Notes under the pieces: model-generated
Told to the model about the DNA's origin: nothing
The model's input: only the letters and a program-made list of their open reading frames with translations
The model's database searches: none
Made by a program: the position numbers and the translations under genes
Assembly: GCA_963422645.2 (NCBI GenBank)
Contig: CAXXVO010000002.1
Coordinates: 172,745-236,744 of the forward strand
DNA from: Alphaproteobacteria bacterium
Lineage (GTDB): Bacteria > Pseudomonadota > Alphaproteobacteria > UBA828
DNA: 64,000 nt
Direction of reading: 5' to 3'
Shown: positions 20,106 through 30,488 of the stretch, piece by piece
How the letters are laid out: each line of letters opens with the position of its first letter
Position numbering within the stretch: position 1 is the stretch's first letter

Positions 20106-21595
20106 GTGCAATGGGGCCGACCGTATCGATCTCGCGCTTGCTCAACGTCTTGTGTCCTTCGCCGGGTTCTCGCTTCTGTCCGTGGTCAGCGCATCGGCTG
20201 CCAACATCATGCCCAGTCCAAATCGGTTCCCGAGTGCCTATCTCCACAGCGTGCTCGAACACGACAGGCCGGTTCGGCAAACAAGTGGGCCCACGTGCAT
20301 CATCGGGGACCGCGTCCCGGCGAGGGGACGTTGGTGGCTCGCCCACCTTCAGGCGCGGCTCTTTCCTCCTCTCCTCGCTGACTGCCGATGGGATGCAGCC
20401 GCGCCTATGCCGTCCGAAGCGCCATCGCTTCCTCGCGCGTAAAGCGGAACTCGGTTCCATCCCGCCACATTCGGTGAAGCACAACACCGATGCGCCGGGC
20501 CAAGGCAACGGTCGCGCGCTTCTTGCCCCTGTGCTTCGCCAAACGTAGCGCCCAAGCCTTCAGCCAGTTCGGCCCTGTGCGGTTCAGCATCACCGTTGCG
20601 GCTTGGTAAAGAGCCGCGCGCAGACCGGCATCGCCGGCCTTGGTGATCCGGCCGACAATATCCCTCTCCCCGGACTGCTCCCGCGCCGGCGTCAGCCCTA
20701 CCCAGGGGCCGACATCCTTCGATCTTCGGAACCGCTCCGGGTCGTCGATCGCGGACTTGAAGGTCAGGGCTATGACATGCCCCACGCCCGGCATGGTCAT
20801 CAACAGGCGGCATGCCCTGTCTTGCCTTGCCAGAGTGCGGACCAGCTTCTCCAGCTCGGCGAACTCGCGGCGCAGGGCCGCCCGCGCGCCCAGGATCGGT
20901 TCGGCTGCCGCTTCCAGCATCGCGTTGTCGGCGACCAACTCCCGCACTCGGGCCTCATAGCGGCCCTTCGAGATCAGGCCCAGCTTCAGGCCAAAGTTAC
21001 GCAGGACGCCGCGCAGCGAGACCTCCAGGCGGATGATCGCGTCCAGCACGGACTTGCGCGAGGTCAGGAGGGCTCGCATCTCTTGCGATGACACCGACTT
21101 GCAGTGCACCGGCCGAAACCACCCCATCAGCAACAGCCGTGCGATGCCCTCGGCGTCCCGGCGATCGGTCTTGATCGGCATGGCCTTCAGCGCACCCTTT
21201 ACCTGCCGGGTCTCCATCAACACGGCCTCGAAGCCGGCGTCGGTCATTCCCTTGTGCAACCAGTGGGACAAGGGACCGGCCTCGAGACCGATCGCGGTGA
21301 TCTCGTGCGGCAGCTTGTGCAGGAACCCAACCAGCGCTTCAGGCGTGCTGGCGACCTGCGCCTCGGTCGCGATCTTGCCCTTCTCGTCGAGAACGCAAAC
21401 CGCCGTGCTTGCCAGCGATACATCCAGCCCGATACAGACGTCCATTGTCGTTGCCCTTTCCTCCAGAGGAATTGGGGCGCGCCTTGCGGCAAGACCCCGT
21501 GAACACGCTACGCGTGTAAGGGCAACGACAACCGATTCGCCGTCATCGCGACAGGCCGAGACGCTGCACGCCGGCGCCAAGCCCCATTACGGCAT
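20106..21595 (-). mobile_element. IS110 family element, probably IS1111-type; boundaries approximate
   Basis: Short sub-terminal IR AATGGGGC (20110) / GCCCCATT (21581); ~300-bp non-coding region downstream of the transposase. Confidence 0.6.
20405..21445 (-). CDS. IS110 family DEDD recombinase
   Basis: IGLDVS, GLEAG, KTDRRDA, TMPGVG, GLTP..QSG motifs. Confidence 0.92.
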   Translation of the reverse strand: MDVCIGLDVSLASTAVCVLDEKGKIATEAQVASTPEALVGFLHKLPHEITAIGLEAGPLSHWLHKGMTDAGFEAVLMETRQVKGALKAMPIKTDRRDAEGIARLLLMGWFRPVHCKSVSSQEMRALLTSRKSVLDAIIRLEVSLRGVLRNFGLKLGLISKGRYEARVRELVADNAMLEAAAEPILGARAALRREFAELEKLVRTLARQDRACRLLMTMPGVGHVIALTFKSAIDDPERFRRSKDVGPWVGLTPAREQSGERDIVGRITKAGDAGLRAALYQAATVMLNRTGPNWLKAWALRLAKHRGKKRATVALARRIGVVLHRMWRDGTEFRFTREEAMALRTA

Positions 21596-21691
21596 CTCCA
21601 TATTGGGGGTGATCGGCGTCCAAAATTGACCCCCTTGGATTTGTGTCCATGAACACACCTCGTCGTTTGGACGGACGGGGTGGTGGGGGAG

Positions 21692-23206
21692 ATGCTGGTT
21701 GTGGAAACGATCGCGAAGATCCGTCGGGATCATCTGGTGAAGGGCGTTCCGATCAAGAAGCTCGCCCGGGATTTGAGGGTTTCCAAGAACACGATACGCA
21801 AGGTGGTGCGGGGCGATGCGACCTCGCACAGCTACGAGCGCAAGATCCAGCCGATGCCGAAGCTTGGGCTGTGGGTGGAGGAGCTTGAGCGCCAGATGAA
21901 GGCCAACGAGAAGAAGGCACGCAAGGATCGGCTGTCTCTTCTGCGGATTCATGAAGACCTTGTGTCGCTGGGCTACAAGGGCGGCTATGACGCGGTTCGC
22001 CGCTATGCCAGGGCCTGGCGGCGCCGGTGGCGGCTGTTGTCGCCGGCGCAGGCCTATGTGCCGCTGATCTTCGATCCCGGCGAGGCCTACCAGTTCGACT
22101 GGAGCCACGAGTACGCGCGTCTGTCGGGCGCGACGACCAGGGTGAAGGCGGCGCACATGCGGCTGTGCCACAGCCGGATGTATCTGGTCCAGATCTTTCC
22201 CCGCGAGAGCCAGGAGATGGTCTTCGAGGCGCACGAGCGTGCCTTCCGCTTCTTCGGCGGGGTCTGCCGGCGGGGCATCTACGACAACATGAAGACGGCG
22301 GTGAGCACGATCTTCGTGGGCAAGAAGCGGGACTACAACCGCCGCTTCCAGGAGCTGTGCTCGCACCATCTGGTGGAGCCTGTGGCGTGCACGCCAGGGG
22401 CTGGCTGGGAGAAGGGGCAGGTCGAGAAGCAGGTGGGTGACCTTCGCGGCCGCCTGTTCGTGCCCATCCCGCGGGGCCGCTCCTACGCCGAGATCAACGA
22501 GTGGCTGATGGATCGGTGCATCGAGGACGCCAAGAAGCATCCGCATCCGACAATCCCGGGCAAGACGGTGTGGCAGGTGTTCGAGGAGGAGCAGCCCTTC
22601 CTGATGGCGTATCGCGGCCCCTTCGACGGCTTCCATGCCAGCGAGGTGTCGGTCTCGAAGACCTGTCTGGTGCGCTTCGACAACAACCAGTACAGCGTCG
22701 CGGCCCGCGCCGTCGGCCGGCCGGTGGACGTGCGGGCCTATGCCGATCGGATCGTCATCCGCCAGGACGGCGAGACCGTTGCCGAGCACCCCCGCAGCTT
22801 CGGGCGCGGCCGGTTCGTCTACGATCCGTGGCATTACGTGCCGATCCTGACGCGGAAGCCCGGCGCGCTACGCAATGGCGCGCCCTTCAAGGACTGGCAG
22901 TTGCCCAACGCGCTCGGCCGCCTGCGAACCCGGCTCGCGGGCCACGACGACGGCGACCGGCAGTTCGTCAAGGTGCTCGCGGCGGTGCTGGAGGACGGAC
23001 TGGAGGCGGTTGAGGCGGCCTGTGCCGAGACGCTCGACTGCGGTGCCTGCAGCGCCGACGTGGTGCTCAACATCCTCGCCCGGCAGCGCCAGCCGGCACC
23101 GCCGGCAATCATCCCGACGCCCGAGGGCCTGCAGCTTCGCCACAAGCCGGTAGCCGACTGTCAGCGCTACGACAGCCTGAGGGAGGCCGGTCATGGAGCG
23201 TCATGA
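21692..23206 (+). CDS. istA: IS21 transposase IstA
   Basis: N-terminal [26 protein letters not shown]. Confidence 0.92.
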   Translation: MLVVETIAKIRRDHLVKGVPIKKLARDLRVSKNTIRKVVRGDATSHSYERKIQPMPKLGLWVEELERQMKANEKKARKDRLSLLRIHEDLVSLGYKGGYDAVRRYARAWRRRWRLLSPAQAYVPLIFDPGEAYQFDWSHEYARLSGATTRVKAAHMRLCHSRMYLVQIFPRESQEMVFEAHERAFRFFGGVCRRGIYDNMKTAVSTIFVGKKRDYNRRFQELCSHHLVEPVACTPGAGWEKGQVEKQVGDLRGRLFVPIPRGRSYAEINEWLMDRCIEDAKKHPHPTIPGKTVWQVFEEEQPFLMAYRGPFDGFHASEVSVSKTCLVRFDNNQYSVAARAVGRPVDVRAYADRIVIRQDGETVAEHPRSFGRGRFVYDPWHYVPILTRKPGALRNGAPFKDWQLPNALGRLRTRLAGHDDGDRQFVKVLAAVLEDGLEAVEAACAETLDCGACSADVVLNILARQRQPAPPAIIPTPEGLQLRHKPVADCQRYDSLREAGHGAS

Positions 23207-23921
23207 TGTGCTGGAGATGATGACCCAGCTGAAGCTCGCAGGTATGCGCGCCGCTTACGACGACATCCTTGCCGACGGGCTCAAGCGCCGCCATCCGGTG
23301 CAACAGATCATCGGTACGCTGCTGCAGGTCGAGATCGCCGACAAGAGGGCCCGCTCGATCAAGTACCAGATGGCCTCCGCCAAGCTGCCGACGGTCAAGG
23401 AGCTGGCCGACTTCGACTTCGCCGCCTCGCCGGTCAACGAGCCCCTGATCCAGGAGCTCGCCGGCGGCGGCTTCCTCGAGGGCAAACGCAACATCGTGCT
23501 GGTCGGCGGCACCGGTACCGGCAAGACCCATCTCGCCGTCGCCATCGCGCGGTCCTGCATCCGCAAGGGCGCGCGCGGCCGGTGCTACAACGTCGTCGAC
23601 CTGGTCAACCTCCTCGAGGCCGAGCTTCGCGCCGGACGCCAGGGCCGCACTGCAGACCAGCTCGTCCGCCGCGACTTCGTCATCCTCGACGAGCTCGGCT
23701 ACCTGCCCTTCGCCCAGGCCGGTGGGCAGCTGCTCTTCCATCTGATGAGCCGGCTCTACGAGCGCACCTCGATCGTCATCACCACAAACCTCGCCTTCGG
23801 CGAATGGCCATCCGTCTTCGGCGACCCCAAGATGACCACAGCGCTGCTCGATCGCCTCACCCATCATTGCGAGATCATCGAGACCGGCAACGAGAGCTGG
23901 CGCTTCAAGAACCGCTCCTGA
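23193..23921 (+). CDS. istB: IS21 helper ATPase IstB
   Basis: [26 protein letters not shown]. Confidence 0.94.
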   Translation: MERHDVLEMMTQLKLAGMRAAYDDILADGLKRRHPVQQIIGTLLQVEIADKRARSIKYQMASAKLPTVKELADFDFAASPVNEPLIQELAGGGFLEGKRNIVLVGGTGTGKTHLAVAIARSCIRKGARGRCYNVVDLVNLLEAELRAGRQGRTADQLVRRDFVILDELGYLPFAQAGGQLLFHLMSRLYERTSIVITTNLAFGEWPSVFGDPKMTTALLDRLTHHCEIIETGNESWRFKNRS

Positions 23922-24124
23922 CCCGCCGCCGGCCTCCCTTGCGGCCCGGTTGCCCCGGTGGGCCAACAGGGACCCCCCACGCGGCTTCGCTCCGCGTAGC
24001 GCAGGGCGCCACACGAAGCCGCGCGGGTCCCCCCCTATTGGCTACCGGGACAACCTCCGCCGTGCCACTCAGGGGGGTCAATTTTGCACGCCGATCGGGG
24101 GTCAGTATTGAAAGCCGATTGACA

Positions 24125-24580
24125 CCGTCGCGGCAGAGCCCTGCGGACGCTGCCCCCGATGCCGCCTCAACGCCTTCTTCGAGCGCTTCTGCCGGGGACG
24201 CCCGGCGGACCAGGTCGCCCGCATCGACGACGCCCTCGAGCGACACCGCGGCGCAGGCCGGTGGTACGCCGACGCCGACCCCGGAAGATGGACCGGTCAC
24301 GACGGATACGACGCCGCAGAACGCGCCGTCGAAGACCCCGAATGGTGGAAGGCCGAACTCGAACGCCCGTGCCGCCCCGGCGCCCGCCCCGGTCCCGACC
24401 GCGCCTGAAACCCCCACGCACCGCCCGTGCACGGGCCCTGAACCCCCCGCGCAGCGCTCCTTCATGGCCCATGCACAGGCCGGTTTTTCCAGCCCGGTTC
24501 AGCCCCGAAAACCAGCCGATTTTCCAGGCCATTCGCAAAGACTTCCGGCCGCGATTCGCAAAGACTTCCGGCCGGCTACA
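24125..24580 (+). mobile_element. Right-end remnant of an unidentified IS (TGTAG terminus with tandem repeats)
   Basis: 21-bp repeat attcgcaaagacttccggccg x2 (24531, 24554), ending ...GCTACA at the junction with IS66-A tnpC sequence. Confidence 0.55.
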
Positions 24581-25766
24581 GCCGGGGTGGCGGTCTACCT
24601 TCAGCACGCTCACTTCCTGCCGGAGGATCGGCTGTCGCAGGTGATGGCCGAGCTCTTCGGCGCGCCGGTGACGGCTGCGACGTTGGCGACGATGAGCGAG
24701 AGGGCGGCCGAGCGGCTGCGGGACGCGGCCTTGCACATACAGGACCTGGCGGCGGGCACGGCGCGGGTGAAACACATGGACGAGACCGGCTTGCGGATCG
24801 GCGGTCAGACGCAGTGGCTTCATGTGATCTGCACGCCGCTGCTGGCGGCGTACCGGGTCAGCGGCAAGCGCGGCGCCCTGCTCTCGGGTGTCTCCGGCAT
24901 CGTCGTGCACGATCACTGGAAGCCGTACTTCGCGATGGAAGGGGTGGAGCACGGCCTGTGCAACGCCCATCACCTGCGGGAGTTGCAGGCGCTGGTGGAC
25001 ATCGAAGGGGAGGCTTGGGCCCGGCGGATGCAGCAGCTCCTGCGCCGAGCCAATCGCGCCGCCCGCATCGCGCTGGACAAGGATATCGCCGTTCCGGCGA
25101 GGCTTGTGGCGCTGATCGAGCGCCGATACGACGAGATCATCGCCGATGCGCTGGCCTTTCACGAGAGCCAACCACCGTTCTCGCCTGGCAAGAGGAAGAA
25201 GCGCCGGAAGCGAAGGATCGGTCACAATCTGGCCTTGAGGCTGCGCGACCACAAATGCGCGGTGCTCCGGTTCCTGATCGACCTCGAGGTCGGGTTCACG
25301 AACAACGAGGCCGAGCGCGACCTTCGGATGATGAAGCTGCGCCAGAAGATCTCCGGGGGCTTCCGGTCCGCGCAGGGGGCCGAGAACTTCGCCATCCTGC
25401 GCAGCGTCATCACCACCGCCAGAAAGCAGGGCTGGAATATCATCGAAGCCCTGACCAGCCCATCGGATCGGCTCATCGCCACCGTCAAGTGCGCGTAAGC
25501 TCACCTGGCACGGGTTCTCCAACAGCGGAGCCATTCTCATAAACGATCATGGTCGACGCCGTGCTGGACCACCCCATAGAATGAAAATCGGTGCCCGTCG
25601 CGCGGGCGGACTTCGGGCCACATCGGGGTAGCTTACCGGTCGCAGTCCGCAAGAGGGGCATCGTGAGCTGTGAAACCCGGCGACCCCAGAGGAGCACACG
25701 GGCGTCGCGTGGGTAGCGTTGTGCCGAATCCCAGAGAATTTTCACAGCAAGAACCTGGGCAGTTAC
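24581..25766 (+). mobile_element. IS66-A, 3' portion only
   Basis: Matches the 3' part of the other IS66-A copies; ends CCTGGGCAGTTAC. Confidence 0.9.
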
Positions 25767-28202
25767 GTTTCAGGCGGTTTTTCGCTGGGTGTCGCGCCCG
25801 AGGTCTGATATTATAATTTGATACCAATTGCACGGTCTCAACCATGCCCAGTACCCTCCCAATGTGCCCTCCAGAGGCGGTCTCGATCGGCAACAGCTGC
25901 TTCGCCGTCCTGATCTCGGACGACACCTTCACCTACTTTTCCAACCTCATTCCCTTTGACAGCCACGCCGCCGATGACCGCACGGCCATGCTCTTGCGGA
26001 TCGGCCGCCTCGCGGCGATCAGCGCGGTCTCGCCGCAGGAACTGGCTGACGCTTTCGCTGTCTCGCGCGCGACGGTGCAGCGCGCACGACGGCGCTACCT
26101 GGCCGAGGGCGAAGCGGGGTTCATGAAGCCCCGGCGCGGTCGCGGGCCGTCGGTGTTCACTCCGGAGTTGGCGGAGAAGGCGACGGCGTTGCTGGCATCG
26201 GGCCTGAGCGGCTCTGCGGCGGCCCGGGTTCTCGGCGTGTCAGCGCCATCGGTCAACAAGTGGCGCCGTCAGGGACTGATCGGCAACACGGAGGCGGATG
26301 GGGAGCCCGGACGCTCAGCGCTGGCTGCGCCGCCTGACGCGGGTGCGGCTCCTGAAGGCCGTGTCGATGAAGAGAGTACCGGTGCCCCGGGGCCGGAGAC
26401 GGCGCCGGGGCTGGAAGCGCAGCCGCAAACGGATCGCAGCGCGCGCGATCGGCGGGACCGGCAGGCGCCGATGGGGCGTGCGACTTGCGATGTTCCGGCT
26501 CGGGTTCTGGCCAGTTGTGGACAGGCGGGGCCGGTCGAACCGCAGTTCGCCGCCGCCGCCCGCGGTGTCCGCTTCGGCGGCGTGCTCGCCGCCCTGCCGG
26601 CCCTGCTGAAGGAAGGTCTTCTCTCCGAGACCGGTCTCCTGCCATTGCTGCCGAAGGGCTATTACGGCTTGCCTACGATCCTGCTCTTCCTGGCCTTCAT
26701 GACCTTGGCGCGGGTGCGCAACCCCGAGAGCCTGCGCTACCAGGCGCCGGGCGAATGGGGCGCCATTCTCGGCCTCGATCGCTGCCCCGAGGTCAAGACG
26801 CTGCGCCGCAAGATCGCTCTCATCGCCGACGACGAGGCCGGCGTGCGGGCGTGGCAGCTCGCCCTTGCCAGGCGCTGGCAAGGCCGACGAGCCGGAGCTC
26901 TGGGCGACGCTGGCCATCGACGGGCACGTCAAGGTCTACTCCGGCCGCAAGGGGCGCTTGCCCAAGCACTTCGTCTCGCGCGAGAAGCTGTGCCTGCCGG
27001 CGAGCGCCAGCTACTGGATCAACGCTCTGGGCGGCAAGCCGCTGCTCTGTCTGCACAAGCCGCTGGACCCGAAGATGGTCGCGGCCATCGAAGCCGACGT
27101 GGTGCCGGCGCTGCAGGAGCTTGGGATCGTTGGCGCCGGGGCGCCGGACCTGACCGCCGAGCATCCCGGCCAGCCGGCGCTCACCCTGGTCTTCGACCGC
27201 GAGGGCTGGAGCCCGGATCTGTTCCGCCGGCTGGCGAGGCGCGGCGTCGCCTGCCTGACCTGGCACAAGAACTTCAGGGGCGAGGACTGGCCGGCCGAGG
27301 ACTTCGGCGCGATGACCGTTCCCATTCACGGACCGGCGGCGGACGGCAGCGCCACCATGCGGCTGGCTGAGAAGCCGGTGACGTTGCCGAACGGCTTCAG
27401 GGTGCGCCAGATCCGCCGCCTGCTCGACAACGGCCGTCAGGTGCCGCTGATCACCACCGATCCGCACAAGCCGATGGCTGAGGTTGCGGGCGCCATGTTC
27501 TCGCGCTGGTCGCAGGAGAACTTCTTCAAGTACATGCGTGACGAGTTCAATCTCGACGCCCTGCCGACCCACGAGCTCGAGCCTCTCGATCCCGCCGCCA
27601 TGGTCGTCAACCCGCTGCGGCGGGCCTATGACAAGGCAATCCATCGCCTCGACCGCCAGCTTGGCCGCCTGCGCAACCGCATCGCCGACACGGCCCGGAA
27701 GAAGCAGCCGACGGCGGAACTCAGGAGGGAAGTCAGGGACCTCCAGGATGTCCGCGACATCGTCAGGGCCAGCCGCAGGGAGACGCCCAAGCACTGCCGG
27801 GCCGGCGACCTCGACGAAGCCGAGCAGCTCGATGCCTTGCCCGCGCGCGAGCGCCTCCTCCTCGACGTCATCCGGATGATCGCCTACCGCGCCGAAACCC
27901 GCATGATGATTCCCGTCATGCAGGCGCAGGGCCACAAGCCCCATCCCCGGAAACTGCTTCAAGCGCTGCTCACCGCCGATGCCGACATCCTGCCGGATCC
28001 TGGCAATGGCCTCCTGCGGGTCCACATTCTTGGCCTCGCAAACGACGCCTGCGACCGTTGGATCGATGCGGTTCTGAGCGACCTGAACGCCACCGAAACG
28101 GTCTTCCCCGGCACCCGTCTGCGCATAGTCTACGACATCGACGGGGCCTCGGAATCCGCGCGGCTCGTGTCACCTAAAATCAGCAGAGGTCAGGAAGTCT
28201 GA
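25767..28202 (+). mobile_element. Element X copy, left end removed by IS66-A; transposase frameshifted
   Basis: ORFs 25844.. and ..28202 match the 786-aa protein; 2-bp deletion near 26884; TIR ends at 28202. Confidence 0.9.
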
Positions 28203-28590
28203 GGTTAGTACGACGACAGGGTTCCCCTGACACTTGTGGCGTGTCGGCTGGTGCGTTGTTGGGAGAATAGATGAGCAGTTGGCTTCGCGCTTGGTCGGTG
28301 GAGGTGGCATAGGTCGGGAAGTTAGAGCGAGTACGGTCAGGGTTCAACCCGAAGGCGGGTCGCATACCGACGTTCTCCAGCTGTTAATGCGGGAGCCTTT
28401 GCCCGTGGGCCCGGCGTAGCCAAGGATTGCGCTCGCTTGCCCGGCAAGGTGTTGGAACCTGAAGTGACCGCAACGGGGTCGCCGTCGAACTCCATCTTAT
28501 GGGCGACGGCACCGGAGCTGATGGGGCTGGTGGACCTCCACGCCGTTCGTCCTCGGAAAGGGTCGGATCGGAGCGGCTGCGCCCGGAAAG

Positions 28591-29544
28591 TCACTCGCGG
28601 GTGCGCCGGATGTAGACGGCTGCTGCGAGCAGAATAAGCGCGCCCTTCACCACCATCTGGAACTCGATGGAGAGGCCCAGGATGACGACGATGTTGAAGA
28701 GCGAGACCAGGATCAGCGCCGCCAGCAGGGCGCCGATCACGCTGCCCTTGCCGCCGCGCAGGGACGCGCCGCCGATCACCGCTGCCGCGATGCTGTCCAG
28801 CTCATAGCCCTGGCCGGTCCAGTTATCGACGATCCCGACGTAGCCGACCAGGAAAAGGCCGGCGATGGCGGCGAGAACGCCGGAGATGACGTAGGCCGAG
28901 ATCAGGATGCGCTTGACCGGCAGGCCGCTCATGTGGGCGGCCTCCGGATTGTCGCCGTAGAGCAGGAACTGCCGTCCGGGCACGCTCCGCTCCAGCATCC
29001 AGTGCGCCACGAACGCAACCCCGATCAGCACGATCAGGATCACGGGCACGCCGCCGATGTCGCCGGTCGCCAGGTACCGGAAGGTCTCCGGCAACGAGCC
29101 GCTCGGCGCGCCCTTGGTGTAGGCGAAGCGGATGCCCTGCAGCACGATCATCGTCGCCAGCGTCGCGAGGAAGGGCGTCACCTGCCGGTAGCTGACGAGG
29201 TAGCCGTTGACGCCGCCGACCAGGGCGCCGAGCAGCAGGGCGGCGACGAAGGCGGTGGCGGTGTTGTCGAAGACGCCGATGGAGAGCACCGCCGCAGTCG
29301 CCATGATCGAGGCCACGGAAAGGTCCAGGCCGCGCACCACGATCACGATCATCTGGCCGATGACGACGAAGCCGAGCGGCGCGGCCTGTACCAGAATGTC
29401 GGTAATGTTCTTGACGCTCAGGAAGCGCGGCGAAAGCACGGTCGTGATCGCCCAGATCACGACGAGAAATGCCAGCAGCAGCAGGACTTCGCGGGTCTTC
29501 CGGCCCCTGACCGTGCCGCCGCCGCCGAGGAGGCGCACCATCAT
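28591..29544 (-). CDS. Ribose-type ABC transporter permease
   Basis: GLDLSV, YGDNPEAAHMSG, YELDSIAAAVIGGASL. Confidence 0.9.
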   Translation of the reverse strand: MMVRLLGGGGTVRGRKTREVLLLLAFLVVIWAITTVLSPRFLSVKNITDILVQAAPLGFVVIGQMIVIVVRGLDLSVASIMATAAVLSIGVFDNTATAFVAALLLGALVGGVNGYLVSYRQVTPFLATLATMIVLQGIRFAYTKGAPSGSLPETFRYLATGDIGGVPVILIVLIGVAFVAHWMLERSVPGRQFLLYGDNPEAAHMSGLPVKRILISAYVISGVLAAIAGLFLVGYVGIVDNWTGQGYELDSIAAAVIGGASLRGGKGSVIGALLAALILVSLFNIVVILGLSIEFQMVVKGALILLAAAVYIRRTRE

Positions 29545-30488
29545 GACCGCGACCTCGCGACGAAGAGCGAGACGGCGGCGACGATGATGACGCCTTCGAC
29601 GATCCACAGATAGAAGTTGGAAACGTTCAAGAAGTTCAGAACGTTGGAGAGCAGGGCCAGCAGGATGACCGCCAGAAAGGTGCCGAGCACGCCGCCGCGG
29701 CCGCCGGCGAGCAGGGTGCCGCCGACAATCACCGGCGTAATCGAGCGCAGATCGAACCCGATCCCCGCGCGCGGGTCGCCCACCCCGAACCGGCCCACCA
29801 TGTAGATCGCGGCCAGCGCGACGATGAAGCCGGAGAGCGCATAGATCAGCACCTTGGTCCGCTTGACCGGGACGCCGGAGATCGTCGCCGCCCGCTCGTC
29901 GTCGCCGATGGCATAGACGCGGATGCCGAAGCGGGTGCGCCAGAGCACGAAGCCGACGAGCACGTAGGCGGTGATGACGAAGAGCGTCCCCCACGGGAGG
30001 AGGCCGAAAAACCGGGCATAGACGATGTCTTCGAAGAAGATCGGCACCGAGCCGGAAGGCTGCTTGGTTTGGAGCAGCGCCGTGCCGGCCAGGATGGTCG
30101 ATGTGGCGAGCGTCACGATCAGCGGGTGAATGCCGGAATAAGCGACGATTCCGCCGGTGAGCGCGCCGATCGCCGTGCCGAGCGCGAGAATGCCGATATA
30201 GGCGGCAGTGAAGGTCGCCGGATCGGAGCCAGCGAAGGTCGCGAACAGCACCGAGAGGAGGCCGAGCAGCCCGGCGAAGGAGAGGTCGATGCCGCCCGAC
30301 AGGATCACCACCGTCTGGGCCAGCGCCACCAGCGCCAGCGCGACCAGCTGATCCTGCACATTGGCGATGTTGAGCACGGTGACGAAACGGTCGGACGCGA
30401 ACACGCCGACGATGAAGACCGCCGCGATCAGCCCGACGATCGCCAGATGGACCTTCTGGAAGCGGGCGGCGCGGGCGAAGTCAGTCAT
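29541..30488 (-). CDS. Ribose-type ABC transporter permease
   Basis: SGGIDLS, YAIGDDERAATISG, VGGTLLAGG. Confidence 0.9.
   Translation of the reverse strand: MTDFARAARFQKVHLAIVGLIAAVFIVGVFASDRFVTVLNIANVQDQLVALALVALAQTVVILSGGIDLSFAGLLGLLSVLFATFAGSDPATFTAAYIGILALGTAIGALTGGIVAYSGIHPLIVTLATSTILAGTALLQTKQPSGSVPIFFEDIVYARFFGLLPWGTLFVITAYVLVGFVLWRTRFGIRVYAIGDDERAATISGVPVKRTKVLIYALSGFIVALAAIYMVGRFGVGDPRAGIGFDLRSITPVIVGGTLLAGGRGGVLGTFLAVILLALLSNVLNFLNVSNFYLWIVEGVIIVAAVSLFVARSRS

Larger units (their letters stand above)
17422..24124 (+). mobile_element. IS21 family element whose left end is interrupted by IS66-M and an IS110-containing insert
   Basis: Reconstituted IRL tgttgttaagcgtggaaaagtgaccccctattgggggtgatcggcgtccaaaattgacccc; the right end (...gattgaca) carries the matching gatcggcgt.caaaattgacccc repeat. 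Confidence 0.7.

Noticed and set aside
24531-24574. Possible CRISPR repeats
   Set aside because: Only two copies with a 2-bp gap and no cas genes; fits IS terminal repeats
23582-25498. 638-aa ORF
   Set aside because: Chimeric read-through across IS21, an IS remnant and partial tnpC
6563-25766. IS66-A 5' and 3' pieces as halves of one interrupted element
   Set aside because: The pieces overlap by about 500 bp of IS sequence and their flanks do not form a TSD
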